From contig NC_073382.1 in NCBI RefSeq assembly GCF_028641065.1, positions 23,560,001 to 23,624,000 on the forward strand: 64,000 nt of DNA, written 5' to 3'. This DNA is from Leucoraja erinacea (lineage: Eukaryota). Below are positions 63,552-64,000 of this stretch, in pieces; position 1 is the stretch's first letter, and every line of letters begins with the position of its first letter. The position numbers and the translations under genes are program-made. The notes beneath the pieces are model-generated. The model made no database searches. It was not told the origin of the DNA and saw nothing but the letters and a program-made list of their open reading frames with translations.

Positions 63552-64000
63552 AGATGTGAGGAAGAATGTTTTCTTGGTGGTTGGCATATGGAAAACAATC
63601 ACTGAGAAGATGGTGGTGACAGAAACTCTTACAGCATTTAATAGGCAACAAGGTATTGAAGTACATGGGCTAATTTCTGGTAAATGGGAATAGTGAGGAT
63701 GGAGGATGGATATGTGTTGGTTGGAATGAACATGGTTGGATAAAGAGCTTATTTCTGCGCTGTATGATCCTATGACTCGGACACTGCTGGAGATGGTTAC
63801 TGACATATGGAGGGTCAAGGTCATGAGAAAATTTAAATCAAAGAGTGACATTTTTGAATTTATGCTGACCCAGCACTATACTCAATGCCTCTCAGTGAGC
63901 ACAAAGATTGAAGAGTGATGGGAACTAGTATCATCATATTGATTTATATAATCACATCATTTGTCATTGCCCTGGTGAAATGTCATGCCTAGGTGTTCAG

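Overview
Eukaryotic, repeat-dense vertebrate DNA. The repeat repertoire (HE1/V-SINEs, CR1/HER1-type LINEs, Deu-domain SINE, Penelope ends) points to a cartilaginous fish, probably a skate or ray (inference). The only host coding sequence I can support is one internal 526-bp exon (38522-39047, minus strand) of a KLF12-type Kruppel-like factor with a PVDLS CtBP motif, so most or all of the window is probably intron. The rest is nested mobile DNA: CR1, L2, Rex1/Babar and L1 fragments, tRNA-SINEs, a near full-length decayed Tc1 (DD34E), at least eight PIF/Harbinger-type MITEs, a Tigger-like MITE, a solo LTR, RTE-like bipartite elements and many Penelope-like (PLE) ends. The most unusual signal is a recurrent 110-330-bp fold-back unit made of two inverted PLE terminal repeats meeting at a minimal hammerhead-ribozyme motif. 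One arm is consistently about 35 nt longer, and several copies have 9-15-bp target-site duplications, so they appear to have inserted as single units. Family names come from motif recognition by eye, not database searches. Boundaries of decayed repeats are approximate.
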